This document shows positions 13,101 to 25,995 of a DNA stretch of 64,000 bases, piece after piece. The stretch is from Lingula anatina (taxonomy: Eukaryota; Animalia; Brachiopoda). Position 1 is the stretch's first letter; each line of letters opens with the position of its first letter. The notes beneath the pieces are model-generated. The model was not told the origin of the DNA. It made no database searches and was given only the letters and a program-made list of their open reading frames with translations. The DNA lies in the NCBI GenBank assembly GCA_051362555.1, contig CM120648.1, forward strand, positions 19,588,587 to 19,652,586, in the 5' to 3' direction. The position numbers and the translations under genes were made by a program.

Positions 13101-16100
13101 CTGTGTCTGTCGTCGCCGTCATCGCCGTCGCCATGCACTTTCATTGTAAGCACAATAAGTGGAAGGCAGTTTTACTTTTGGGCTTTATATTTACAGAGCT
13201 GATGAATATTCATAAAACACAGGTCAAGTTAAAAAATCAGCATGATCGGGCCTTTATTGTAGAAGTTATGCTTTTTTTTTTCACTTTTCAGCATATATGC
13301 AACACTGTAAACACATTTCAAGAAAAACCGATAGGCTTGTTGTCATGAAACTCACAGGAGTAATTGATCTTACTAAAACGCAAGTCAAGTTCGAAATCGG
13401 CATGCAGCCTGAGTTGGAAAAGCAGTCTAATTGGCTTCTTTTTCTGGAAGTTATACATGTTCAAAGTGTGAACTTGAACTCCCATGGGCCTGAAGCCTTA
13501 TGCTTGTTACACATTTTACTTACATTGGTATTACCTGTTGAGCATAATTAAAATTTGATGTTAAATTTGCAGTTTAACATAATGTACTTTTGCATCAGAA
13601 TTGACATTAGCCTATTTTGTGCATAGTTATTTCCTGCTTTTTGTCTGTACATTTGACAGCTTTGCTGCCTTGTTCTCTTTTTTCAGCATATATATACAGC
13701 ACCGATAACACGATAACTGGAAAACCGTTTTGGCTTTTGGCTTGAAACTTAGAGAACTGATAAATATTTATAAATCGCAGGTCAAGTTCGAAAATCAGCC
13801 TGATCGGGTGACTTGTAGGGAAGTTATGCTGTTTTTTTAACTTTTTTCAGCATATATGCAGCACCGATAACACGATAAGTGGAAAACAGCTTTACTTTTT
13901 GGCTTCAAACTTACAAAACTGATGAAGATTCATAATCCGCAGATCAAGTTCAAAAATCAGCATGATCAAGCCATTTTTAGGGGAGTTATGCTATTTTTTC
14001 ACTTTTTTCAACATATATGCAACACTGATAACACTATATAAGAAAAACAGATAGGCCAATTGTCATTATACTTACAGGAGTGGTCAATCTTACTAAAATG
14101 CAGGTTGAGTTGGAAAATCAGCATAATCTGGCCATTATTTTAGAAGTTATGCTGTTTTTTCACATTTCCTCAGATTCAATTCTTAAGCATGTTAACAGTC
14201 TCATTATTTAACTAATAAGATACGTAAAAGTGTTTGTTTGATATTTCCTGCATCTTTACAACATTGTTAGTTGATTATGTAAAAATGATGGTAAACTTGA
14301 TATCGTGTATTGTGTAATAAAGTGTCAAAAATGGAAATAAACTCATATCATATCATATTGCAGTTTGTTAGCTTCAATCATCAACTATGTTCAGAATCTC
14401 AGAATGGAGGAAATTGGACATTTAACACTGTTCTATTGATATTTTTCCCATCTCATCAATTATCTTAGTTGGTCATATAAAAATGGAAGTATACTGTTTA
14501 TTTTGTTTTGTTTTAAAAGTGTTAAAATGGAAATAAACCCATTTCAGAACAGTGCTGTCTTTTTTATAGTTTGGCATTTTTAAGACGTGACTTTGAAGTT
14601 CCATGAGCCTGCAGATCTTTGCTAGTCACATTTTCTGAATATCCATGATACTAATATTTTATGCTTAAAAATTGATGGTCATTATGCTGTAAAACATGTA
14701 ATATTGCATCAAAATTTGAAGAAACCCCTATTTTGGGCACTGCTCCCATGCTGACCATTTAAGGAAAGTCATGTCACCTACTGTTCTCAAACTTACAGGA
14801 AAGAAACATGGGACTAAAATATAGCTTCAGTAGGCAATGCAGTCTGTTTGGTAAATTTTTCTGGTAGTTAAGCAGTTTTTTTGTGAAAATTTAATTTTTC
14901 ACATATTGGCATTTTCAATGTATGACTTTGAAGTTCCATGATCCTGAAGACCTTTGCTTGTCACATTTTCTGAATATGCGTTATACTAATATTTTATAAT
15001 TAAAAATTGATGGTCATTATGCTGTTAAACATTATGTAATGTTGCATCAAAATTTGAAGAAACCCCTGTTTTGGGCACTGCTCCCATGATGACCATTTAA
15101 GGAAAATCGTGTCAATTACTGTTCTCAGACTTACAGGAAAGAAACATGGGTCTAAAATACAGCTTCAGTAGGCAATGCAGTCTGTTTGGTAAATTTTTCT
15201 GGCAATTAAACAGTTTTTTGTGAAAATGTAATTTTTCACATATTGGCATTTTCAATGTATGACTTTGAAGTTCCATGATCCTGAAGACCTTTGCTTGTCA
15301 CATTTTCTGAATATGCGTTATACTAATATTTTATAATTAAAAATTGATGGTCATTATGCTGTTAAACATTATGTAATGTTGCATCAAAATTTGAAGAAAC
15401 CCCTGTTTTGGGCACTGCTCCCATGATGACCATTTAAGGAAAATCGTGTCAATTTCTGTTCTCAGACTTACAGGAAAGAAACATGGGTCTAAAATACAGC
15501 TTCAGTAGGCAATGCAGTCTGTTTGGTAAATTTTTCTGGCAATTAAACAGTTTTTTGTGAAAATGTAATTTTTCACATATTGGCATTTCCAAGGTGTGAC
15601 TTAGAACCTCCACGGGCTTGAAGACCCATGCTAGTCACATTTTCTGAAAATTCATGACACTTATATTTTATTATTAAAAATCGATGGTCATTATGCCGTT
15701 AAGCATTATGTAATGTTGCATCAAAATAGAAGAAAACACAATTTTGGGTGCTGCTGCCTTGATGACCATTATGGGAAAACTGTGTTACTTATGACTGTCA
15801 AACTTTCAAAAAAGAAACACAGGACTAAAATGCAGCCTGAGTTGGAAAAGCAGTCTAATTGGCTTCTTTTTCTGGAAGCTATACATTTTAGTGTAATATT
15901 CATTATCTTTTTGGCATATTCATTGTGGGACTCAGAGCTCCCATGAACATGAAGCTGAATGGTAATCATATTTTCTACATGTCCATACTATTTATAGTCA
16001 ATAAACAAAAATTGGTGATAATTATTCTCTAATTTATTATGTAATGTTACATCAAAATTGACAACAATCGTTTTGCACTGCTACTGCAAACATTATGAAA

Positions 16101-19100
16101 AGAAAACTGTGCTACTTATTATCATTTTTAACTTACAAGTACGATTTTTAGGATTGGCCTTCAGCTCATATGAGAAAACCAGCTCTTTTGGATTATCATT
16201 TTTATGTACAGACACAGATGTGTCTGTACATATTGCCATCACCTGCGTCTGTCGTCGCCGTCGTCGCCATCGCCGATGCCGATGCCGTCGCCGATGCCGG
16301 CGCCGTGCACTTTCAGCGTTAACACGATAAGTGGAAGAAAGTTTTACTTTTTGGCTTTATATTTACAGAGCTGATGAATATTCATAAAACCCAGGTCAAG
16401 TTCGAAAATCAGCATGATCGAGCCATTATTGTAGAAGTTATGCTGTTTTTTCACTTTTCAGCATATATACAACACTGTTAACACATTTCAAGGAAAACCG
16501 ATAGGCCTGTTGTCATGAAACTCACAGGAGCAATCAATCTTACTAAAACGCAGGTCAAGTTCGTAAATCGGCACGATCGGGCCACTATTTTAGTAGTTAT
16601 GCTGTTTTTTCACTTTTTAGCATATATGCAACACTGTAAACACAATATAAGAAAAACAGATAGGCCAATTGTCATTTAAACTCACAGGAGTGGTCAATCT
16701 TACTAAAATGCAGGTTGAGTTTGAAAATTAGCATAATTGGGCCATTATTTTAGAAGTTATGCTGTTTTTTCACATTTCCTTAGATTCATTTCTTAGGCAT
16801 GTTAACAGTTTCATTATTTAATTAATAAGAAATGTAAAAGTGTTTGACATTTTCTGCATCTTTACAACATTGTTAGTTGATTTCGTAAAAATGATGGTAA
16901 ACTTGTTATGGTGTATTGTGTAATAAAGTGTCAAAAATGGAATTAAACTCATATCATTGCAGTTTGTCAGATTCAATTATTCAGTATGTTTAGAAACTCA
17001 GAATGGAAGAAATTGGACATTTAACACTATTCTATTAATATTTTTCCCATCTCATCAATTTTCTTAGTTGATCATATATAAATGGCAGTAAATTGTTAAT
17101 TTTGTTATATGTTAAAAAATTGTTAAAAATGGAAAAAAACACATTTCAGGACAGTGCTGTCTTGTCTACATTTTGGCGTATTCAAGGTGTGACTTTGAAG
17201 TTCCTTGGGCCTGAAGACCTTTGCTAGGAACATTTTCTGAATATCCATGATACTAATATTTTATTATTAAAAATTGATGGTAATTATCCTGTTAAACATT
17301 ATGTAATATTGCATCAAAATTTGAAGACACCCCTATTTTGGACACTGCTCCCATGATGACCATTTAAGGAAAACCATGTCACTTACTGTTCTCAAACTTA
17401 CAGGAAGAAACATGGGACTTAAATAAAGCTTCAGTGGGCAATGCAGTCTATTTGGTAAATATTTTTGGCAGTTAATCAGTTTTTTGTGAAAGTTTAATTT
17501 TTCACATATTGGCATTTTCAAGGTGTGACTTAGAACCTCCACGGGCTTGAAGACCCATGCTAGTCACATTTTCTGAAAATCCACGATACGTATATTTTAT
17601 TATGAGGCCACCTGCGTCTGTCGTCGCCGTCGCCAATCATGTTGCCGTCACCGTCGCTGTGCACTTTCAGCGTTAACACCGTAAGTGGAAGACAGTTTTA
17701 CTTTTTGGCTTTATATTTACAGAGCTGATGAATATTCATAAAATGCAGGTTAAGTTCGAAAATAAGCATGATCGGGCCATTATTGTAGAAGTTATGCTAT
17801 TTTTTCACTTTTCAGCATATATGCAACATCGTTAACACATTTCAATAAAAACCGGTAGGCCTGTTGTCATGAAACTCATAGGGGTAATCAATCTTACTAA
17901 AACGCAGGTCAAGTTCGAAAATTGGCATGATCAGGCCACTATTTTAGTAGTTATGCTGTTTTTTTCACTTTTCAGCATATGTGCAACACTGTTAACACAT
18001 TTCAAGGAAAACCAATAGACCTGTTGTCATGAAACTCACAGGAGTAATTAATCTTACTAAAACGCAGGTCAAGTTTGAAAATCAGCATAATCAGGCCATT
18101 ATTTTATAAGTTGTGCTGTTTTTTCACGTTTCCTCAGATTCAATTCTTAGGCATGTTAGCAGTCTCATTATTTAACTAATAAGATTCGTAAAAGTGTTTG
18201 TTTGACATTTCCTGCATCTTTACAACATTGTTAGTTGATTATGTAAAAATGATGGTAAACTTCTTATTTTAGTAGTTATGCTGTTTTTTACACTTTTCAG
18301 CATATATGCAACACTGTAAACACAATATAAGAAAAACAGATGGGCCAATTGTCATGAAAGTCATAGGAGTGGTCAGTTTTGCTAAAATGCATGTTGAGTT
18401 TGTAAACCAGCATAATCGTACCAATATTTTTGAAGGTATTCTGTTTTTTCACATTTCCTCAGACTCATTTCTTAGGCATGTTAACAGTCTCATTATTAAA
18501 CTAATAAGATACGTAAAAGCGTTTGTTTGACATTTCCTGCATCTTTACAACATTGTTAGTTGATTTAGTAAAAATGATGGTAAACTTGTTATCATGTATT
18601 GTGTAAAAAAGTGTCAAAAATGGAAATAAACTCATATCATTGCAGTTTGTCAGATTTAATCATTCACTATGTTCAGAATCTCAGAATGGAGGAAATTGGA
18701 CATTTAACACTGTTCTATTGATATTTTTCCCATCTCATCAATTTTCTTAGTTGATCATATAAAAATGGCAGTAAACTGTTAATTTTGTTTTATGTTAAAA
18801 ATTGTTAAAAATGGGGAAAAAAACATTTCAGAACCGTGCTGTCTTGTCTTTATTTCCACGTAAGCAGTTGTATTGTTTTTTATGTCTTTAAACATTATGT
18901 AATATTATTTTATGCACTGTCATCATTTTTCAAAAATTGAGACTTTCATCATGTGAATTTGAACTCTCATGATCCTGAAACTGTAATCTTATTGAAGGGG
19001 TGGATTGAGACCATCTTCTGGGTCTTCCGGAAGACGGTCAGGTTATTAAGTTTATATTGACTGGTATCTATTTTTTTTCTGTTGGAAGACCATAAAAATG

Positions 19101-19796
19101 GGGGATGGATCAACATAGATACTTTGGAATACTATCAGAAAATATCTCTGGGTTTGCTCCTGTTATTGACCATGGTACCTGTTGTGCATGATTAGAATTC
19201 AGTGTTGACTGACAGTGCTATTATAAGCATTATTTATTATTGCATCAAAATTGACAAAATGGCCTATTTTGCATCTTTATTTTCTGTTTTTTGTCTGTAC
19301 ATTTGACAGCTTTGCTGCCTTGTTATTGAATTTATGCATTTTTTGTGAAATTTTCATTTTTCTCATTCTGGCACTTTCTAAGTATAAACTTGAACTCCGA
19401 TGGGCCTGAAGCCTTATGCTTTTAATTTCGTCTGTGTTACCTGTTGTGCATAAGTTGATGTTGACTGTGCAGTTAAACATAATGTATTATTGCATCAGGA
19501 TTGGTAGTCTCCTATTTTGGGCATTATGGTTTTGTGCTTTTCTTAAAGTGTGACTTATGGGCCTAAAGACCTTTGAGTGGGTCAGTCTGTAAATTACCCT
19601 TGGGTATCACTAGATTAATTTCAGAGTTATAAAGTCATTTGCCTTAATAGGCCATTAAATGAGATTACATAAAGCACACTTGTTGATATTTCCCTGTAAA
19701 CTCCCAAAGGTAAAGCTCTCTGCTAGATTAATAATAAGGAAGCAGTGATAATTATGCAGGTAAATTTTGTTTAATATTGCAAATAAGTTTTAAATA

Positions 19797-19800
<4 letters not shown>

Positions 19801-19872
<72 letters not shown>
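19801..19872. repeat. (AT)n microsatellite
   Basis: Pure AT dinucleotide run. Confidence 0.95.
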
Positions 19873-19874
<2 letters not shown>

Positions 19875-19919
19875 AACTGGAAGATTAAAAGTTTGAATAG
19901 CATCTTCATTGGAATTATA

Positions 19920-20154
19920 TTTACCTCAAGCTCTGCCAAGGAGGTCATATTTTCACCCCCGTTTGTCTGTCATCCACATAACACAAAAAGTTATGGCCTG
20001 ATTTTGCAGAAATTTTCAGGAACTGTCGGAAGTGGGCCAAAGAGGACAATGATTAATTTTTGGTGGTGGTCTGGAACAATAATCAATCAATTATCAATAA
20101 TAATCAACAATTGCTGCCTTGGCAGAGGTCTGCACTCTCAAAGTGCTTTTCTAG
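19920..20154 (+). mobile_element. Short HINE/Helentron-like element of a second family
   Basis: 5' ttacctc…ctctgccaaggaggt, then gtttgtctgt, then 3' cttggcagag (inverted to ctctgccaag) followed by the hairpin gcact-ctcaa-agtgc and ttttctag. Confidence 0.55.
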
Positions 20155-20710
20155 CTTTGTTATGTTTTCCTTTATAATTTTTTCTCAAACACTTGCATTT
20201 GTGACTTTTAACTCTCATCTGCCTGGGGCTCTGCACATTTTCTGTATTTCCACATAAGCAGTTGTATTGTTTTTTATGTCTTTAAACATTATGTAATATT
20301 ATTTTATGCACTGTCATCAATTTTCAAATATTGAGAGTTTCATAATGTGAATTTGAACTCTCATGGTCCTGAAACTGTAATTTTATTGAAGGGGTGGACC
20401 ATCTTCTGGGTCTTCCTGAAGACAGTCAGGTTATTAAGTTTATATTGACTGGTATCTATTTTTTTCTGTTGGAAGACCATCAAAATGGAGGATGGATCAA
20501 CATAGATACTTTGTAATACTGTCAGAAAATATCTCTGGGTCCGCTCCTGTTATTGACCATGTTACCTGTTGTGCAAGATTAAAATTCAGTGTTGACTGAC
20601 AGTGCTATTATAAGCATTATTTATTATTGCATCAAAATTGACAAAATGACCTTTTTTGCATCTTTATTTCTGTTTTTTGTCTGTACATTTGACAGCTTTG
20701 CTGCCTTGTT

Positions 20711-21215
20711 TTCCATTTCTTTCAATTTTTGAGTTTTGACATAATGGTTGTGATAGGATTTCATCTGGGGTTAAATTGGGATTTTCCTGAATTTCACCCA
20801 AATAACCAATAATCTTTGCCATAAGGGATAAGAAGTTGCTTTTAGTATTTTTATTCCACCTTTTGTAACTACTGATTCCTGACATTTCACCGAGAAAAAC
20901 ACTTTCCACTTACTCTTATTTTCTTCATAAAGAAGTCTTTTAAGCCATGTAAATTTTAGGGCCTTGGTAAAATTTTTATTTGCGGTACCTTTTGTCATCC
21001 ATTTTAGTAATCTGACACCATCTTTGCTCATTTTATTTTGTATCTTTTCCCATTGCTGATAAAGTTAAATATGATATTTGCATATTTTTAAATATTGAGG
21101 GAAGGGGGGGGGGGCTGGAAGGAGAGTTTACACAGACTTGACATTTAATATGGAATATTTCAGTTTCGATGATATGCCTAGGTAGAAATGTGGTCTTTTT
21201 TTTTTAATTCCAATA
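20711..21215 (-). mobile_element. Degenerate L1/Tx1-clade LINE ORF2 fragment (RT thumb and downstream region)
   Basis: Minus-strand peptides FYLGIS, NIIFNFISNGKRYKIK, FTKALKFTWLKRLL…SKWK and PDEILSQPLCQNSKI, with stops and frameshifts. Confidence 0.65.
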
Positions 21216-21853
21216 TCATATAAGACGTATGAATGGGGAAGTGTGTAATCAGGTGTGTCGCTTCCAATTAAGTGAATACCAGGTTTGTTGCGCTGCTGCA
21301 TTATGTAATATGCAGTGATTTAATTGGGTAGTGCACCTTTGGGCAGGTCAAAGATTGTCTTTGGCAAAGCATGGTTCTGTCAAAAAAGTATAAAATTTAC
21401 ATGGCTTAAAAGACTTCTTTATGTCGGCAACTACTGCATAGAAAAATTTGAAATTTTGCATGCAAGTGGTCGGTTTTGCAGTGTGTAAATGAGCTATGCA
21501 GTGCTCTATAAATTTTTATGTCTCCTTGATCAAAAAAAGTTCAATACAGTGTCAGAAAAAAAAAGCATTAAAGTGACAAACACAACTATGATGTTCGAAA
21601 TTTGGCCGATGCCGGCCGCTTTTATTGTGAATCCTTCTACTTAAATGAAATGAAGTAATTTTAGAAGCTAAAATTGAATAATTGTGACAGTGCCAAATTA
21701 CGTTACTTTTACGCCTGAAAAGACTTTATTTCATATATAATTCCCAAACAACATAGTGCAGACACTTTAATTTGTGGGGTTGCAAAGCTAATAACCATAT
21801 ATTTACTTGTCTGTCTTTCTTAAGATGCACTTTCAGTTGTAGTGCCCTAAGTA

Positions 21854-24800
21854 CACTATAGCTAATAAGTCCCCGGTCACTTTAATAGCACACGCTGTCT
21901 ACATCAGACGCGCTAATGCGCACGTCCCCGACAGTGTTAATGATAGGGGGATTACGATGGACAGCGCATGTTGCTCACAGCAGTAGGCACTTCTGCCGAA
22001 GTTAAACCGGTAATTAAGTCTTTAACTTGACTAAACATGTTTTGCTTTGTAACGTGCGTCCTTTAGTCTTGCTGTTGCGGAAGCGCCGGCGGGACATATC
22101 TCCACCTTGCCGATATTTATCCCGACTCTCGACTTTAAAAGTATTATTGGTTTTGATTTTATCAAAGTCTTATTATATCAGAAAACCTGCATATTTTCAT
22201 ACGTTAAGAGAATTATAGAAACTGTAGAAAAAGCTACTCGTACATCAGGGATAAAAAACAACACCTTGCAGCACTATTACCTATTATTAATCACCAGAAG
22301 TTACTGTTTCACTTTTTTCTCCCAAATTACAAAGTCTGATGACAACTGAAAGCCTTTAGCCATACCTCAGGGCAGTGGGAGATAGTCTGGATTTGATTAA
22401 ATATAATAAAAGTATATTTTGAAGAATTTTCCTAGCCTTCGGCAATTTCCGCAAAGCTTCGGCATGCGCGGCAATACAGAGCTGTCGATATCTGTAAACG
22501 TGAACAAAAGAATTGGTGGAACAACGGTGAACGTCGTTGAGTCGTCTGCAACTTACCCGACGGGAGTTCGTGTCCCTGCCGGTACTTCTGAAGATTTTGA
22601 AATTGTCATTATTATAAATATCTATTAATATATAAAACAGTCGTGGCTAGTTGTTTTTGCAACGGAAAGCACAGTAGGAAGGTTGGTTGTTATTGTTAAA
22701 AGTTATTATTACTGGGGACATAAATTAGTATGCTAATCTCTTATCATGGTATAATGATTGATACGATGGGTATCAAATAGTTTTCCTTTGATATAAACAA
22801 CAAAAGAGCGGCCTTCCAAATATCTTTGCTGAATGTTTATAACGTAGGTACTATTATGCGCAAAAATATTGATACATGACGCAAACGACATTTACTAATT
22901 TTGGTAATATCAATTTTAATTAAAATTAAATTTAATTGAAATTAAAATTAAAATTTGTCTACACGTGCAAATTACCATTCACCTTGTTTAAAGGGTTCGC
23001 AACACTTTACATTCTAATACATTTTGCCAATTTTCATGTTTGCTAGTTTATTTTGATTTGAGAGAAAACGAGAGAAGACCCTCTACTAGGGCCGCAAATT
23101 AATTATGAGTATTTTTCTTCAGTGCAAGAGACTGTGTAATGAAAAATCAATCTGTAACTCTGGTATAGGGTGGCCTTGTGTGTGTAATAATATACAAGTA
23201 GGGGCAGGGGTACAGTTATATAGTACAAATAGTCATTTTATACATCTTATTGATCTCATCGTCGGGTCATTGTTTACAATAGCGCTTTGTCGCTGTGCGT
23301 ACCTTTTTGCATTTGAGTTAGACTCAGTCAGTAACAGCTGGTGATTTTGTCTTTTTTGCGTTTCATTGACAATATTTTGGCCACCTAAGTAGGGAAATGT
23401 GGCTCTTTGTTTTGAAATGACATTTCCATTGTTCCTTTGAACATGCAAAAGTCAACACACTTACGTCAACATACTTACTTTGTAATACCAACCAAGGGGA
23501 AGAAACAAAAGCCTCATAAGGTGTCGTCATTCACACTGTAAAAGGTGTTAATTTCATGCTTCTATTGTTTGCCCATGAATCATTATGACAAATTTGTAGG
23601 GTTGCCAGATCACTGGCGCTTCATTCAATTCTCTATATCTGCCCTGCAGCCTGGGATGAGTGATACTTGACTGACCTTTGTTTACATCTGGAGATTTTCT
23701 TTATAATTCGATCAGTGTGCATAAATTATGATATTTTCCATCAGGAAAAATACGTGATAATGTTACGATTCTTATTTTACGGATACATAATTACAAAAAT
23801 TAATTCCTGATTTAATACCCCTTATTTCAGCGCCTATTCCTGGCTGCGTTAATTATGGGGGGTTGGAAAGTAATCCGTTAGAACGCAGGAGTGATGATTG
23901 CTACTCTTACCAACGGTGCATCACCGATCAACTAATCTCAGCCACCTGAAGCAGAATCACCAACAAAAGACAAATTGGACTACATCTGCCTTCTTGTTGA
24001 GACATCTTATGTAAAAAAGGCGATAACGGTCAAAACATACGTGCTTCGTGGTTTATTAAATGTTCATCGTATTTTTTCGTTCGTTATTCTTATGAGTTAA
24101 GCAGCTTCACCTCCGTGACACCCTTTTTATTTATTTAAACCATTGTTAGATAAACCATGGGTTTCACTCCAGATTTCACGATCGAGCAGCTGATCATGAG
24201 GAGAGTGTAGCATGCTATAGTAAACTACCCCAAATATATATACAACACCTCCAGGGTTTCACGATCGAGCAAGTGATCATGAGGAGAGAGTGTAGCAGAG
24301 AACTTCATTAATGGTCGTCATAATTGGTGGTTGCCTTGGGAAAATGAGTTACATGATTACATAATACAGATACATAATAACATAAGATTAATACTAAAAT
24401 TTTCCCTGATACAAAGACCCCTATTTGAGCGCTTATTCCTGACTGCGTTAATTACGGGTGATTAGAAAGTAGGCCTAATCTATGAGGACGCAGGAGCGAT
24501 GATCGCTACTCTTACCAACGGTAAATCACCGATTTACTTGACTCCGCTACTTCGAGCAAAATCACACACCACCAAAAGACAAATCAGACCACGTTCGTCC
24601 TCTTATTAAAACAAAGAATGTAAAAATGTGATGTCGGTCAAAGATGAGGCCTAGACTACGTGCTTCATGGTTTATTAGATAGGCCTATTCATTGGATTTT
24701 TTTATTTCAATATTATAGCTTCACCTCGCGAGACCCTTTTTTATATATTTAAAACACAGCACCCCACTGGTTTCGCGATCATGAAGAAAGGGAGTGTAGC

Positions 24801-25995
24801 AAAGAACCTCATTAATGGTCGTATAGGTGGTTGCATTGTAGGCCTAACCTTGTTCATTTTAGTCGACAGACTAAGCTAGAAGAAAGAAAAGATCATTATC
24901 GCCTCTTTACTTAGGAACAATAAGGATGGCTAGTGGCAGCATTTATAAGTTCTTTTATTTAGAAACTTTCCGATCCTTTGTCTGGGACTGCGTCCGAGAA
25001 ACGGCGATAACGACAGAGACGTCCTCGAACATTTTGGACTCAGTGCAAATAAAAAAAATCCGTTAAGAAGTAGCCTTTAAATGTCCTGGCAAATAATTTT
25101 GCGATGGCTCAGAGAGTTCTAGAATGAATGACAAGCAACGACATTAGGGTTAATAATAGACTAAAAACTATCAGAGTGTAGGCCTGTCTTACTTCATTTC
25201 TAAGGCCATCTTGTGATACGAGTCATGCTACACTACAAAAGAGGGGGTAGCAGTGGATGATTTAATACAGGAATACCATCGATAGTATATCAATAGAAAA
25301 TCGCAATCCTCAAATGTTTTTTAATTCATTAAATATAAACGGTCTTTTCTCGTACAATGGGTCTGGTATAGTTGTATTGGCCTATCAGTTGGAAACACGT
25401 GGTTCGTCTACAATTGCAAATGGCGGAGGTGCCGTGGTAGTTATTGTCGTAAAATTAGCTGGATACGGTGCACGTGAGAAAATTATTCATTAAATTTAGT
25501 TTTCGAGCGTCAGCTTAATCTGGTAAAATGCGAGACGAAAAAAATGATAGATAGAGCCTTATGACCCACTGTAGAATGATGCCGAATAATACATCAACGA
25601 CCTAGTTTATCGGCAGATAAACGTGTTTCCATTCTCGGCTGACTGAGGAAAGGTTTGAGAGAGCATTTAAAGAAGAGGCGGTCGAACCAATAGTGAGTAG
25701 GAAGTGTGCTGCAATCAAGACGAACAATACCGATCATAAGTGGACAGCTAATAACCCCTAATTAACCCCGGGTTACGCGCTGCTGTGTTGACTCCTTGCT
25801 GGGAAGGGGTAGCGGCCTCCTACTGCTGTGCGTAATCAAACATTGTCTTCTAACATGCGGCTACACGACGGTTGCATTGTATTAATAAAGTAATACCTAT
25901 TCATAAGGAAGGGGGCGGATGGTAATCTTACGAGAATTAAATCAGTTATCGACCATACGCGTACCAATAGTCTTGTTTTTTTTTTAGCTATACGG
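21854..25995 (-). mobile_element. Non-autonomous TA-flanked TIR element, copy B (longer, inverted relative to copy A)
   Basis: TA|CACTATAGCTAA…TTAGCTATACGG|TA. Near-identical reverse complement of 7638-10106 plus ~1.7 kb of extra sequence that includes a diverged ~600-bp tandem duplication (anchors ~23819 and ~24418). Confidence 0.85.

Larger units (their letters stand above)
4931..20710 (+). mobile_element. Cluster of nested non-autonomous Helentron-associated (HINE/DINE-1-like) elements
   Basis: Each copy has a 5' hairpin TATGTACAGACAC-A-GATGTGTCTGTACATA, a (GTCGCC)n microsatellite, ~161-bp and ~337-bp internal tandem units, and a 3' end TGTCTGTACAT + hairpin CAGCTTTGCTG + CCTTGTT. Copies sit in T runs with no TSD. 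5' ends: 4931 (truncated), 5143, 5535, 12150, 16203. 3' ends: 10189, 11826, 13674, 19324, 20710. Confidence 0.85.

Noticed and set aside
4893-18530. Many short similar ORFs (MKLTELMNIHNTQVKFENQHD…, also at 45745-50345)
   Set aside because: Translations of the non-coding HINE unit, with frequent frameshifts and stops between copies.
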